64,000 bases of DNA from Syncephalis fuscata S228 (GCA_025786725.1 JAHLTZ010000030.1:269415-333414); one strand, 5' to 3'. Numbered from the stretch's first letter, positions 51,177 to 63,635 are shown. A program made the numbers and translations. Notes: generated by a model from the sequence alone, not told the origin.

Positions 51177-52734
51177 TTGTATCCGCCCAGAATAAGTAGA
51201 TTGTTAATAGTTTGTAGGGCAAAAAACCAACTCCAAGAGGCACTAAAAGTGTATGACGTATATCCAACGAAAACAAAAGGGCTTTTTTCGTCGAATAACG
51301 ACACGCTAACTTTGCGTGAACAGTGGAAAAGACGCGTAAGACTCGCCGCTGGCTTTATTACCAACACTGCCGGTCTGTTGGCTCGCTATCTACTTACTCG
51401 CTACTTGCAATCAATCACTGGCTAGCAGTAGAGTATATTCACGGCTTTTGTTTGTTAAACCCGTTGCCTATAACAATAAAAACTCGTATTAGTCTATATT
51501 GATCATGTCCAAAACAATACCGCTTTTCTCCATCTTAACGAGTAGACCCGCACCAGGTCAACAAGATCGCGCCGACCAACTGCATTTACCAGGTAAGCAG
51601 CCGACAAGTGTCATATAAGTGCCAATTCCAGATCGCAATCTCCATACACTGCATATCGATATACGCATGTGCCTGTGCCTGTGGCTGTGTGTGCATTGTG
51701 ATCTACACGATCATCATGTCCCGTCACCAATATCCCCACCACTGTATATTATTCATTTACGTTGACCCACCAGAAACAGATCTCGCGTCAAAGTGTGTTT
51801 ATGCCAACAACACGTGCCGAAAGGTGTGTAGGTAAGAAAGTAAAAAGAGATGCAGCCACTAAGCAAAAGGATATAATAGTGGTAGGAACAAATCACTACT
51901 ATCACACTTTACACTTTTACGTTCACTCTATAAGTGTTCGTGTGTGTGTGTGTGTGCATGGACTGAAACTGCGTGTGGGTTGGCGTGATTGGCTGAAAAG
52001 TGTAAAAATGATAGAGAGAAGAGAGAATAAATTTAATACAATCACTATGATTGCTATTGTTACCAACACTATCATTATTAGAATGTAAATACTATGTAAT
52101 ATTCAATCTATTATCGATATTCAAATAGGTAATTGCCCCGATCTATGCATTTTACTTCAAACTTCATGGAAACAATAGGAGCACAGATGGTGGTTAGATA
52201 AGATTAACCAGGTGCGTCGACCAATCCGCTGCCTTAAACATAAACGTCGATTTGGTTGGTCCACTTCAATACATCATATCTACCCTAGTAATTAAATTAA
52301 ATAGTTGCAGTAATTTTATTGCTAATATGTGTGCAATAAGTCAGTTAATTAATCAAGCTATATTAATATATTAGTATATATATATATTGTTTTATTAAAA
52401 TAACATTTTGTTTGTAATATTAATGTACTACAATTAGTTGTATTTAATATAACTGCTTTAATAGCGGTATTAGTGACTTATTTAATTAACTGTTTTATTA
52501 AGCTAAACTTTTTTTTATTGACATAGAGCTGGGTAGTAATTATATCAATCATTCAATATAATCGTTTGAATACTTTATAACGATAACAATAAAGTGAATT
52601 AACATTGTTATTAATACCATTTATTTATCTATTATTATGCTATTATACTAAACAATAATAACTATTAATTTTACTACAATGATTACGGTTTATTTATTAT
52701 AGTATAGTTTAATATCGATTAACTAAATCCAATG

Positions 52735-54200
52735 ATATTTGCATAGCTGAACTACATATTTGTTCTATTGAACATGGGACGGGTGGTGAGTTTTATTCAA
52801 TAATCAAAATACTCATCATTATAAATTTATTATCTAGCATGCATATATACTCTACTCACTTGTATCATTCCATTATAGCCTATATCACTATATATCACTC
52901 TATTCTATACTAAACATATTATACCTTTTATATACCTCAGTACACTTTACTTATTCTAGTTATTGCGTTATATGCACTATGGCTTCAATAGCATTTTTAT
53001 ACTTGTCTATCATATATTTATTCTACTTTATGTCATTCTATAGTATAACGTCAATGTGTTGCTTGAAACTACTGTTCGTTTAATACTAGCTTGATTATTA
53101 ATAAAATTTAAATTATTTTATTAATTGCCCATGCATATATGTACCGTGTAATTATCTAATAAACAAATCAGTTAATGCGAGTCGACTATGACTTTGATGC
53201 TAGTCGGGCAGAATGATGAGTATGCATGATAATCACACGTTCAAGCAAAATAGAAACGCGGCGGGTTGATGAGTATTCAAATAAAGAAGAAAGCTAAAAA
53301 TGAAACAGCGTAAACAGCAATAACATAGCATTGTAGTGATAATATATGCGTACTGAGTAATAAATATATGATAATGAATATTTTAATGGTTGATACTATT
53401 CAGCATTTAGTTTCATGTTCAATAAAACGGATATGTAATTATTTACGCGAATGTTGTTAAAAATGCAAATGTTGGCACAAATGCTGGCACATAATGCTCA
53501 TTCCCCTCATTACGTTATATGCACTATAACTTCACCACTTACCATACTCTTTTCATTATATGATTATTCTATTCTATATCATTTTATACTCTCCTAGCCA
53601 TACTTTATTCAAACTGTTTTTATTTTTGTTCTAGCACTATTATTAATAAATGTCGACTAATGTCGGTCATCTGCTCATGCATATATGCTCAATAACTTTA
53701 GCAAGGCTAATTGCTACTCAATGTTGCATATTTATTGTATACATATTATTTTATTGTTTAATAAATACGTGCTAGGTCTTACGACCGCTCCTCCGGCTCT
53801 ATTGCTGTTATTAGTAAATTTTGACTCATTTTGCTCGTTCATTCATGCGCATATGCACACTACCTTCACACTGCTATTCACGCTTTTTGCCCTTGTGTAT
53901 TCCTTATATTGCATATCATTTATTATATATTGACCATGTGCTATTTAAACTTGTTATTGATGTGTCTTTAGCTTTATTATTAAAAAATCCTGCTCATTCC
54001 GCTAATCTGCTATGCATATATGCATACTGGATAATGAATCTATGATAATGACCCCTTTGAACCCCCAATGTTATTCACCACTTGTCACCATCTTCAATAG
54101 ATTGAATGTCTAGTTCAATTGCGCGAATATTATTATAAGTTGCCATTTGACATCAAATCACATTAAATTGGCAATAAAGTGCTTATTTAATGCAGCAATC
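52735..54200. repeat. Cluster of repeat family A fragments, outer copies in inverted orientation
   Basis: Plus copy ctattgaacatgggacgggtggtgagt at ~52766; internal fragment 53490-53830; minus copy ttcaatagattgaatgtctagttcaattgcgc at ~54093-54124. Confidence 0.75.
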
Positions 54201-54740
54201 TTAGTACAAATAAATGATCGTAATACAATCACCATTAATACATAATAATAGTAACCATTTTCTTCAATGACATTATTATTATTATTGTCTATTTACAGCT
54301 CCATTGCTATTGCAGTCGCCTTCATTCTTGTTTGCCCCAAAAAAAAGAGTTACAGGACATCATGCCATACCTGCAAATGACCACGTGGTGTATAAACATG
54401 CATCGATTAATGGGATATTTGTAAATAGATAGCACTGTGTGTGTGCATGTGGAGTGCGTGGATGCATGGCAGGCCTTTATTAGGCTTATTCGGGCCGGTA
54501 CTTTACTGTTATTACTGCTACTGCTACTATATTACTGCTACTATTACTGCCGTTGTTACTGCCGTCAATACCGCAAATAGCACGCGTTTACCATCTCTTT
54601 TCTATCCTTTGTTTCCATATTCACCTTGGCAGCTTGAGTCAAGCCGCTCGTTATATACGCGCACTTATAAATACATACCACATAGCATCAAAACCACTAT
54701 CTTCAACTATTTTATTCGAATTCAATTCAATCCATTCATC

Positions 54741-56563
54741 ATGACGTCAGAAAAGCTTTCGTCTAGCGCTTTAACCGTTGATACCATGGATAGCGGCGTG
54801 GCCGGCGTCGCTATACATCGAACGAGGGCCGAGTCGGCTGGACCGGACTACGTATCGTCTTGCGGTTATACAGCTAGTGAAGATGAAGCTACGGCAATGG
54901 ATAGTCCTGGCATAAGTCAGCACAGTTTATCTCGAGCTGTTACTACGCCGCCCAAAGAAACAACATTGGCTACCGACAATCAGGATGCACCAGATGGAGA
55001 ACAGAATCGATTTAAATTAATGTGGGGAATTCTTAAAAAATTGGTTGGAGCCCGTGATATTGTTGCGATGTAAGTATCAATCTATCTTACCATCTTAAAA
55101 GAGCAATTCAAATCGTTTTTATTACTACTGTAATACTAATCATGGTGGTCGATGATAGGCGAATTTCTGTTCCGGCTCAATTACTCGAGCCTATGTCTAA
55201 TTTAGAATACTGGAATTACATGGATCGGCCCGATTACTTTGCCTGTTTGGCCGACCCCGATGACCCGGTTGACCGCATGCTTGGCGTTGTCCGATGGTGG
55301 TACACCAAAGATTTAAAGCACATTGTAAGTTGGCAATGCCATTTGTATTACTTTGAATCTAATTATAGCACTAGCATGGCAGGCTGGTTAAACCGTATAA
55401 CTCGACATTGGGTGAACAGTTTATTTGCCGATGGCGTGTACCGAAAGATGTTGCGCCAGGAGATACGGCAGTGGATGAAGCACAGCTGGATTCATTCAGC
55501 GGTAGTGAGAACAATAACTATAAGATTACCTATATTACTGAGCAGATTAGCCATCATCCGCCAGTATCGGCCTTTCAGTATGCCTGTGAGGAAAAGGGAT
55601 TAACGGCCGTTGGTATTGATCATATATGTGTTGGATTTTCAGGCACTTGTAAGTTTATAGGTGATTATTGATTATAATTTATTAAATATATTACGTAGCA
55701 ATTAAGATTGCGGCTGGAGAACAAAATTTGGGTGTTTTTCTACGTATGCGCACCCGCGATGGTGAAGAATACCATTTGACACATCCGCATGCTCATATTA
55801 CAGGCTGGTTACGGGGCAATCCATATATTGTACAGGCCGACCGCTGTATTGTTACTTGTGCCAAAACTGGTCTCCAAGTCGTTTTGGAATGTAAAGATGA
55901 AGTAAGTAATTGAACAACTAGTTACTAGTTGAACCCAGTAGCTAATAGAAAACAATCATTAGAAATGGATTGGCAAGCCAAAGCATTTAATTAGCGGCAA
56001 AGTATTTCGTTACGATCCAGATGAACCAAATACTGCATCCAACGGCAGTCGTACTAAAGATGCTCGTAAAGATAAAAAATCCACCAAGATTAATGATGCC
56101 GATGTGGTGGCCACTATTGGTGGTAGCTGGCAGGGTGTCATGGACTATACAAAAACGGGTACAAAGGTAGGCCATTGCAGAATAGTTGGCAGATAGATGT
56201 ATATTAACAACAACATTGAACGGTAGAAGCAAACACTTATTGATTTGTCAAATTTAAAACCAGTGGCCAAGATTGTTCGGCCTGTTGAAGAACAATCAGA
56301 GCACGAATCACGCAAGTAAGTCATTTCTGTATGTGTCCATAGTATGACACTTATAAATCAATAGAGTATGGTATGATGTAACAAGTAATATTGTTCAAAA
56401 GAACTTTCCTGCAGCCAATCGAGCCAAGCAAACAATTGAAGAGCAGCAGCGCAAAATAGCCGTAGAAAGAAAAAATAATGAACGTGATGAATTTTCATCG
56501 GTTTATTTCAATGTACCAGAGCCGGGCATTCCTGTATTAGTAAAACAGCCTGATCAATACTAA
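54741..56563 (+). CDS. Oxysterol-binding protein (short ORD-only OSH/ORP)
   Basis: ISVPAQLLEPMSNLE, KPYNSTLGEQF, EQISHHPP signature, EEQSEHESRKVW, KQTIEEQQR; multiple GT-AG introns. Confidence 0.93.
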
Positions 56564-56849
56564 TTGATTTAGGATATGTTATTATTATTATTATTATTAC
56601 TATTATTATTATTATTATTATCGTGGTAATAATAATAGCTGTTATTGTTACTACACCCACTCTTATTATTGTTAGTGCTAATGGCACTGTGATTGATAAA
56701 AATGGTTATTTTTGTGATACACAAAATAAAATAATTATATAATCCGAATAATAATTTAATGCAATGTATGCTATGAGAGAAATAAATTGAAGTACATAAT
56801 AAATAAAATAAAGCAAGTACGCTATGAAATGATATATGATAATATAGGT

Positions 56850-57100
56850 ATACACCGGGAATGATATAGATAGATAAAGAATATACACATACTGGATAAT
56901 GAATCTACGATGATGAGTTTTTTAAACTTTGATGTCATTCACCACTTACCATCATGTTCAATAGATTGTATGTTATTGGATGTTAGTCATTTGACCACCA
57001 AAAAACACTATAATGTGACAATTTGATTATTTAACATAATTCACCATTTGTCCCCATGTTCAATAGATTGAATGTGCAGTGCAATTGCGCGAATGTTATC
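56850..57100 (-). repeat. Repeat family A, partial copy with internally duplicated core
   Basis: catgttcaatagattg occurs at ~56954 and ~57056, followed by aatgtgcagtgcaattgcgc. Confidence 0.8.
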
Positions 57101-57896
57101 AAATATATTTATTTAATACCAGTCACATACATTGTCAATAAACTGTTTAGTATTAATTTAATAGCTGTGACATAAATAAGACAACCAACTAAATAAATTA
57201 CTGATGCTACTTCTAGATCAACCGACCTACATATGCCATAAGTAGCCATCTGATAAGTTTACACAATTTAGTCTAGTTTAACTATTATAAGGCTGACACA
57301 GTATCACTAGTAGTTTACCATCTTTTTACATTTACGCTCAAGCTTCTGAGTCTTTGCATTGTTTTCGTGCTTTCTTATCTTGCTTATGCTGTTTTTTAAT
57401 GCACGTCGTTCTTTTTTTTACGTTCATCACAAGACAGTATAGAAGAGATTGACGAAATCGATGGCCATCATTAATATATGCTTCGGCATCGATTGCTTGA
57501 TCGAGTCATTATTCAGATTAGCTATTAACACGTGTATATCTATGTTAACCATTAATATGGAATATTATGTAAGTATATGATTAATATTTTCTGATTGTTG
57601 AATGCAAATAAAGCATGAGCATAGCTATAATTAGTAATTAAATTAAATGAAACCGTGTTTTATTACTACAATATTGCATAGTTGAGTAGGAACAACTAAT
57701 TGCAAGCTTGTTGATAATATGATGATGCCATCGATTAAATGGTGAATAAGCCGAAGCATTGGCTAAAACTTGATGTATAAATAGACTGGACGGCAGTTAT
57801 CGAATGGTCTTGCTTTTTGCCGAATATATATCTAAAGCTTGTTGAACCAACAGTTCAATTAGATTACCAATGCTAATGCCTTGAAAGTATTGGTTA

Positions 57897-60282
57897 TTCT
57901 ATGTTTATAAACAGATACAACACATATCATATGATTAATATATAATTGGCTAATTAAAAATATTATTTACAAGCTATTATATAGGTTATTGGACACACGA
58001 TGCGCAGCATATGGTTAGTATGTAATTAATTGATATACAATGGTGCTTACAGCCTATTATTATGAGTTATCAGGCGCATACGGCGCATGTCATATGATTA
58101 GTATATATTTGGCTAATTAACATCTTACTTACAATCTATTATATAGGTTATTAGACACACATAATACACGATATATGATTAATATATGGCTAATTAATAT
58201 GCAATACCACTTACGAGCTATTAATACAAATTATTAAACACGCACGATTCGTAGACCATAGTTAGTATATGTTTAATTAATATTCAATGCCACTTACGAG
58301 CTATCAATGCAAAGCATTAAATACACAAGATATATAATATATGTTTATTATACAGATATTTAATATATAATATCACTTACCGGCTATTAATATGAGTTAT
58401 TAGACACCCACAGTGCGTATCATATGATTAATATATAGTTAATTAATACTCAATGCCACTTACGAGCTATCAATACAAATTATTAAACACACACAATGCG
58501 CGGCATATGGTTAGCATATGGTTAATTAATACACAATGCCACTTACTTCCTAGCAATACAAGTTATTAAACACACAAGATATATAACATATGCTTAGTAT
58601 ATAGCTATTTGATATACAATACCACTTACCAACTATCAATATGAGTTATTAGACATACGTAATGCGTATCATATGATTAGTATATAGTTGGTTAATTAAA
58701 AAATTCCACTTACGAACTATTATATAGGTCATTAGTCACACACAATGCGCGATATATGATTAGCATATGGTTAATTAATACGCAATGCCACTTACCATCT
58801 ATCAATACAAATTATTAAATACACAGGGTATATAATATATGCTTAGTATATAGCTATTTGATATACAATACCACTTACGACCTATTAATATGAGTTATTA
58901 GACACACACGGTGCATGGTATATGATTAGTATATAACTTGCTAATTAAAATTTTTACTTACAAGCTATTATATAGATTATTAGACACATAGTACGTATTA
59001 TATGATTAGTATATAGTTGATTAATTGAAATTTTCACCTACAAGCTATGATATAGATTATTGGACACACAATACATGATATATGGTTAGTATATGATTAG
59101 TTACTATTAGATGCCACTTACTAACTATCAATAAGATTTATTAGACGCACACAATTTGCAAAATATAATTAGTATATAGTTAATTAATACTCAATATCAC
59201 TTACCTCCTATCAATACAAGTTATTAAACACACAGATATATGTTACATGCTTAGTATATATATATTTAATATACAATGCCACTTACCGCCTATTAATATG
59301 AGTTATTGGACATACACAATACGCATTATATGATTAGTATATAGTTAGTTGATTAATATTTTCACCTACAAGCTATAATATAGATTATTGGACACACACG
59401 ATGCATGATATATGATTAATATATGGTTGGTTGCTATAAATTGTCACTTACGACCTATTAGTACGAGTTATTAAATACACACAAGATACATGGTATATGA
59501 TTAGTATATAGTTGGCTAATTAAATTCTTCACACACAAACTACTATATAGATTATTGGACACGCACAATTTGCGAAATGTGGTTAGTATATAATTAATTA
59601 GTATTGAATGCTACTTACAAGCTACCAATACAAATTATTAGATACAAGCGGTACATGCCATACAATTAATATATATATATATAGCTAATATATATATATA
59701 ATACCACTTACGATCTATTAATACAAGTTGTTAAACAATATAACAAGTAATAAATGTTTAGTATATAATTAGCTGATGTAAACTGTCACTTACTAGCTAG
59801 CAAAACCAATTTAGCAGCATAAATATTGTTTAGTTAACTAAAAACTAGTTAATGTTATTGCAATATACCTCCTATTAATATAGATTTGGTATATTAGCAT
59901 TCTGAATGTGGCTTTTATCTATTGTTTTATGTTAAACGTACTCTTAGCTAATAATTCTATATTTATTCATTTTAATCAATGAGCAATGGTTAGCCAAAAC
60001 ATCAATAACCATGTATACTCAAAACTTACGGGCTATTTACGTGTGTTATAGCATTTATTATGTGTATAACAAATATAGTGAGTACCAAAACAATGATCCA
60101 TCATCACGACTTACCACCTAGTACCATCGTTAGTTAAACATAATGTTAGTAAACATAACACTGAATATTTATTGTGATTGCAACATACCACGACGGGCTA
60201 GAGTTGGATTAGCATCTACCATGGCTGTAGTGGTCACAAGAGCCATGATAATGGTGCAAACGACGGCAATAGAAAGCTTCAT
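57897..60282 (-). CDS. Micro-exon gene: secreted 59-aa Cys-rich prepropeptide encoded by a 94-nt exon, 27 micro-exons and a terminal exon
   Basis: Exon 1 60282-60189 (MKLSIAVVCTIIMALVTTTAMVDANPTLARR+G, then gtatgt), then every ~82 bp TAG-NNN-GT (mostly gtaagt). Joined product ends GAPKRANPFCPCGVTSCHVLGTPAPHCS-stop with no internal stop. Confidence 0.85.
57899..59800 (-). repeat. Tandem array of mutually homologous ~82-bp intron+3-nt exon units
   Basis: Plus-strand consensus cacttac-NNN-ctat(t/c)aata...ttatta(g/a)acacac...atatg(a/g)ttagtatat repeated with 80-93 bp spacing. Confidence 0.95.
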
Positions 60283-62059
60283 GTTGATATTGAATTGTTA
60301 AAGCAAACAAGTAAAGTAGACGATAAAGTGTAGTAGTATGAAGTAGGTGGTAGTGAGTATTTGGTGGAAACTGGAGTGTGATGATGATACAGCTAGTTAG
60401 ATGTGTATATTTGTGGGCTATTTAAGTATATGGTTATGCTGAAACATCAACTTGCCGTATTTCATGGACTATACCATTGATGTACAGTGTGCACCAATAA
60501 CAGCACATCCACATGGTAGCTTGAAACACGATTATACTGGTATATTGGTGGTATGCCAGTTTACAGTAAGGTTCTTACTTTAGCCTGTTTGGCATTTACA
60601 CAAATGATATGGCAATATTGACATAATTATAGTTTAAAAACCAACTGAGATGTATTCATGTGTTTCTGCTATTATTTTTGCCAGCAATTTTAATATCTAA
60701 TAAGCATATACATCCCAAACAACGTAAAACATCAATACAGCAACAACTTATTGTATTAGGCCTTTGGTTATTTACAGGTACTTACTGTGATGCATAAACT
60801 GGTTATATTCTTTGGGCTATGAAAGCATATTGATTGGTTCGCATATGCGTTTAACATTGCAGCTTGACTACAGAAATGAACAGCTTATTTTTAGCAAAAT
60901 ATTATCAAATGCTGATGTAAGTTCTACTATTGATCAGGGATTATTTTTATTGCTTACTGCCTGTTAATCATATGCATTTTTGATAATGAATCGTTGCTTT
61001 CTATTACCAGTATTGTTTATTTCTCAGCATCAAAGCAACGTAAACTGACCAAATGACATGTAGCTCTATATAAAACATTGGGCTATGTCTATCAGGCTGC
61101 CTCAATCAGATACAACCAATGCTGAGTGTACAGCAGCAGTTCATGGCATGTCAATCAGTACTCTCCTGTTGTGTAGATGATTCATACAGTAATGACTTGA
61201 TTAAAACAACAGGTTTACAATCTGAAGTCTGCGTTATGCGCTACACATTCAGGTCATGTTTTATGGTCCATAATTTAATAAAAATAATGATTAAGTAAAT
61301 ATAGTTATTTTAGCAATACTATCACTAACCGTACCACTTTCCAGTCATTTCTGCTATAGCTATGTATATTAAATATCATTTGCTGAGTAACATGGAAATA
61401 AGCAATATTCAATAAAATTCAGTTGTTTATTCACTGTCATATCGTATACAACCATATTTACGATTAAAAACATATAAAAGTATTTATAATAAATGGCTAA
61501 TTATTATACTTACTGCTTGTTATTGGTACAGCATGTATGCCTATTGTTCTGTATGTGTCTGCTTATAATTGTCTATTTGCTATTACAATGTATCTCATAT
61601 ACATTACTTGCTAATGTAACTTTAGTAGAATAACTTTTATCAACAAACATTGGCCCGATACACAACATTATAATATATAGTCTATTCTCTACTTGCTTTA
61701 AATATTTTGAATAAACCGAGTATTTTTATCCATTATTTATTTGAAACAATCAAAAACATCGTTAAACTAAATAGATTGTTTGTGTAAATCAAATCAAACA
61801 GCAAAATGACTATACATCTGAATGATAATTAGCTATGTAATGCAGTACTGTTAGCCATCGTCATATGTTTATTATATTGTATACGTTTATTTTTATTGTA
61901 AATATCACTATATTATTAAATCTGCACGGTATTGCGTTATTACTATTTGCACTGCCTTTATTCATTGTTTATTTCATTACTATACCAATCTGTTTTCTTT
62001 TGAGCTTGACATTTCTATTAATGCTACATTGTTTAACTTGGAATACCACAAAGTCATAG

Positions 62060-62740
62060 CTAACTGCCATTAATAACCAACCCAATAAATACTTTAATAA
62101 AGCAAAAGTTTACATATGCTTGAATATTTGCTCTACCAATATAACTCAATGTTAAATGCGATGACCAAATTTTGTAGTAATAGAGCCAGAACCAAACAGA
62201 CAACGATACTAGGCGGCAAAAATCAATATCTAATAAAATAATATACATTATAATGAATATACGATGCAAAGTGACGATTAACAATGTTAAGGTATTGGCA
62301 TATGTGCATGAGCAGATGACCGATACTAATTGACATTTATTAATAATAGTGCTAGAACAAAAATAAAAACAGTTTGAATAGAGGAAGGCTATGCAAGTAT
62401 AGAATGGTATATAAAACGATGTCAAAGCTATAGTGCATATAATGCAATGAGTGGAATAAGCAGAGTTTATTGCTGTATATAATAAACAAAGTGTGTCTAG
62501 TGTATTGTAGAATGACACATAGTAGTGTGGGACAGAATGGGAATGATATAGGTAAACGGTGGATATATGCATACTGGATAACGAATCTATGATGATGAGT
62601 ATTTTAAACTTTGATGTCATTCACCACTTACCATCATGTTCAATAGATTGAATGTGCAGTTCAATCAAGTAAAGAATATCAATTTTGGTATTTGACATTG
62701 AATTACATGAGTCTACTAATAAGTTAATTAACATTAGCAA
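62060..62740 (-). mobile_element. Repeat family A, long copy
   Basis: Reverse complement aligns by eye with 31160-31780 and with 53490-53830 (tctagcactattattaataaatgtc...gtcggtcatctgctcatgca). Confidence 0.75.
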
Positions 62741-62749
62741 GCTATTGCA

Positions 62750-63385
62750 ATTTGACTCTTAAATTTTTATTTATCCATTTCACTCCTTTTTCCTAATACT
62801 TTTAAACACTATTAAACATTCATCCATTACTATAACATGTATATTATTATATCTATTATTAATTAATTAATGTGTAATTATCAGTATAATAATGTAATTA
62901 GTTAGTTATATTATTATTGCTTTAATATATATATATTGTCATTTATTTAGTCAGATTGGCTATAGGGCAAATGGCTGTTTAATAAACGACTTTATAATAA
63001 TTATATTAATATTGACTTTACAGCACAAATATACCCAAAATGCAATAGTAGAACATTAAATATAAAAAAGATCATTCAGATGCAACAATTCATGCTGTAT
63101 GTAGCAACAATAACAACAAACGCGGAATGACATGGGATTGCAATCATATGACTTCTATTAGTATTCTAGCAATCTTTCTATACATGGTCATCAACAACAA
63201 CAACAATCGGCCTCAAATGTTTCAAAGTAGTCGAATAGTATGTTATATTATTTATTTAAATCAATTTATTAACAGTATTTTAATAGGAAGTAATATAACT
63301 ATGCTGCGTATAACAACGACATGACTCTGATTGGAACGAATTGTGCTATGGAAACTCCAAATGTAGGTCAAAGTAATGTTCAACC
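62750..63385 (-). repeat. Dispersed repeat family B, copy 2
   Basis: Reverse complement of ~500-1130, e.g. aattcatgctgtatgtagcaacaataacaacaaacgcggaatgacatgg. Confidence 0.9.
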
Positions 63386-63635
63386 AAACAAAATAGTATT
63401 TTAGTTAATAGATTAATAATAGCTCACCTTAACGTTATCTATACAAGATAACAAACACTAATTGACATCATAAATTACTTAAAGTGGATCACGTTATCCG
63501 ATAACAGCGTGAAGTCTTACCCCAAACGTTTTTGTCTTTGCCCTTCTCTCTTATCTCTTTTTACAGTGTCTTTTTCGTCTTTCTTCTTCTTTTCGACTTT
63601 AGTCTTTTAAGGGTATTGTGTGAACATTTGCAATC

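Noticed and set aside
57330-57520. Lys/Arg-rich coding-like stretch on the minus strand
   Set aside because: Stops interrupt the frames and no credible start or splice structure was found.
57899-59800. CRISPR array or plain minisatellite
   Set aside because: Eukaryotic context, no cas genes, and the distinct variable part is 3 nt between TAG and GT; the best-conserved bases are splice signals and the triplets join into an ORF with an upstream signal-peptide exon.
62060-62620. 186-aa minus-strand ORF
   Set aside because: Lies inside repeat family A; composition is typical of AT-rich non-coding DNA and the homologous copy at 31.2 kb is broken by stops.
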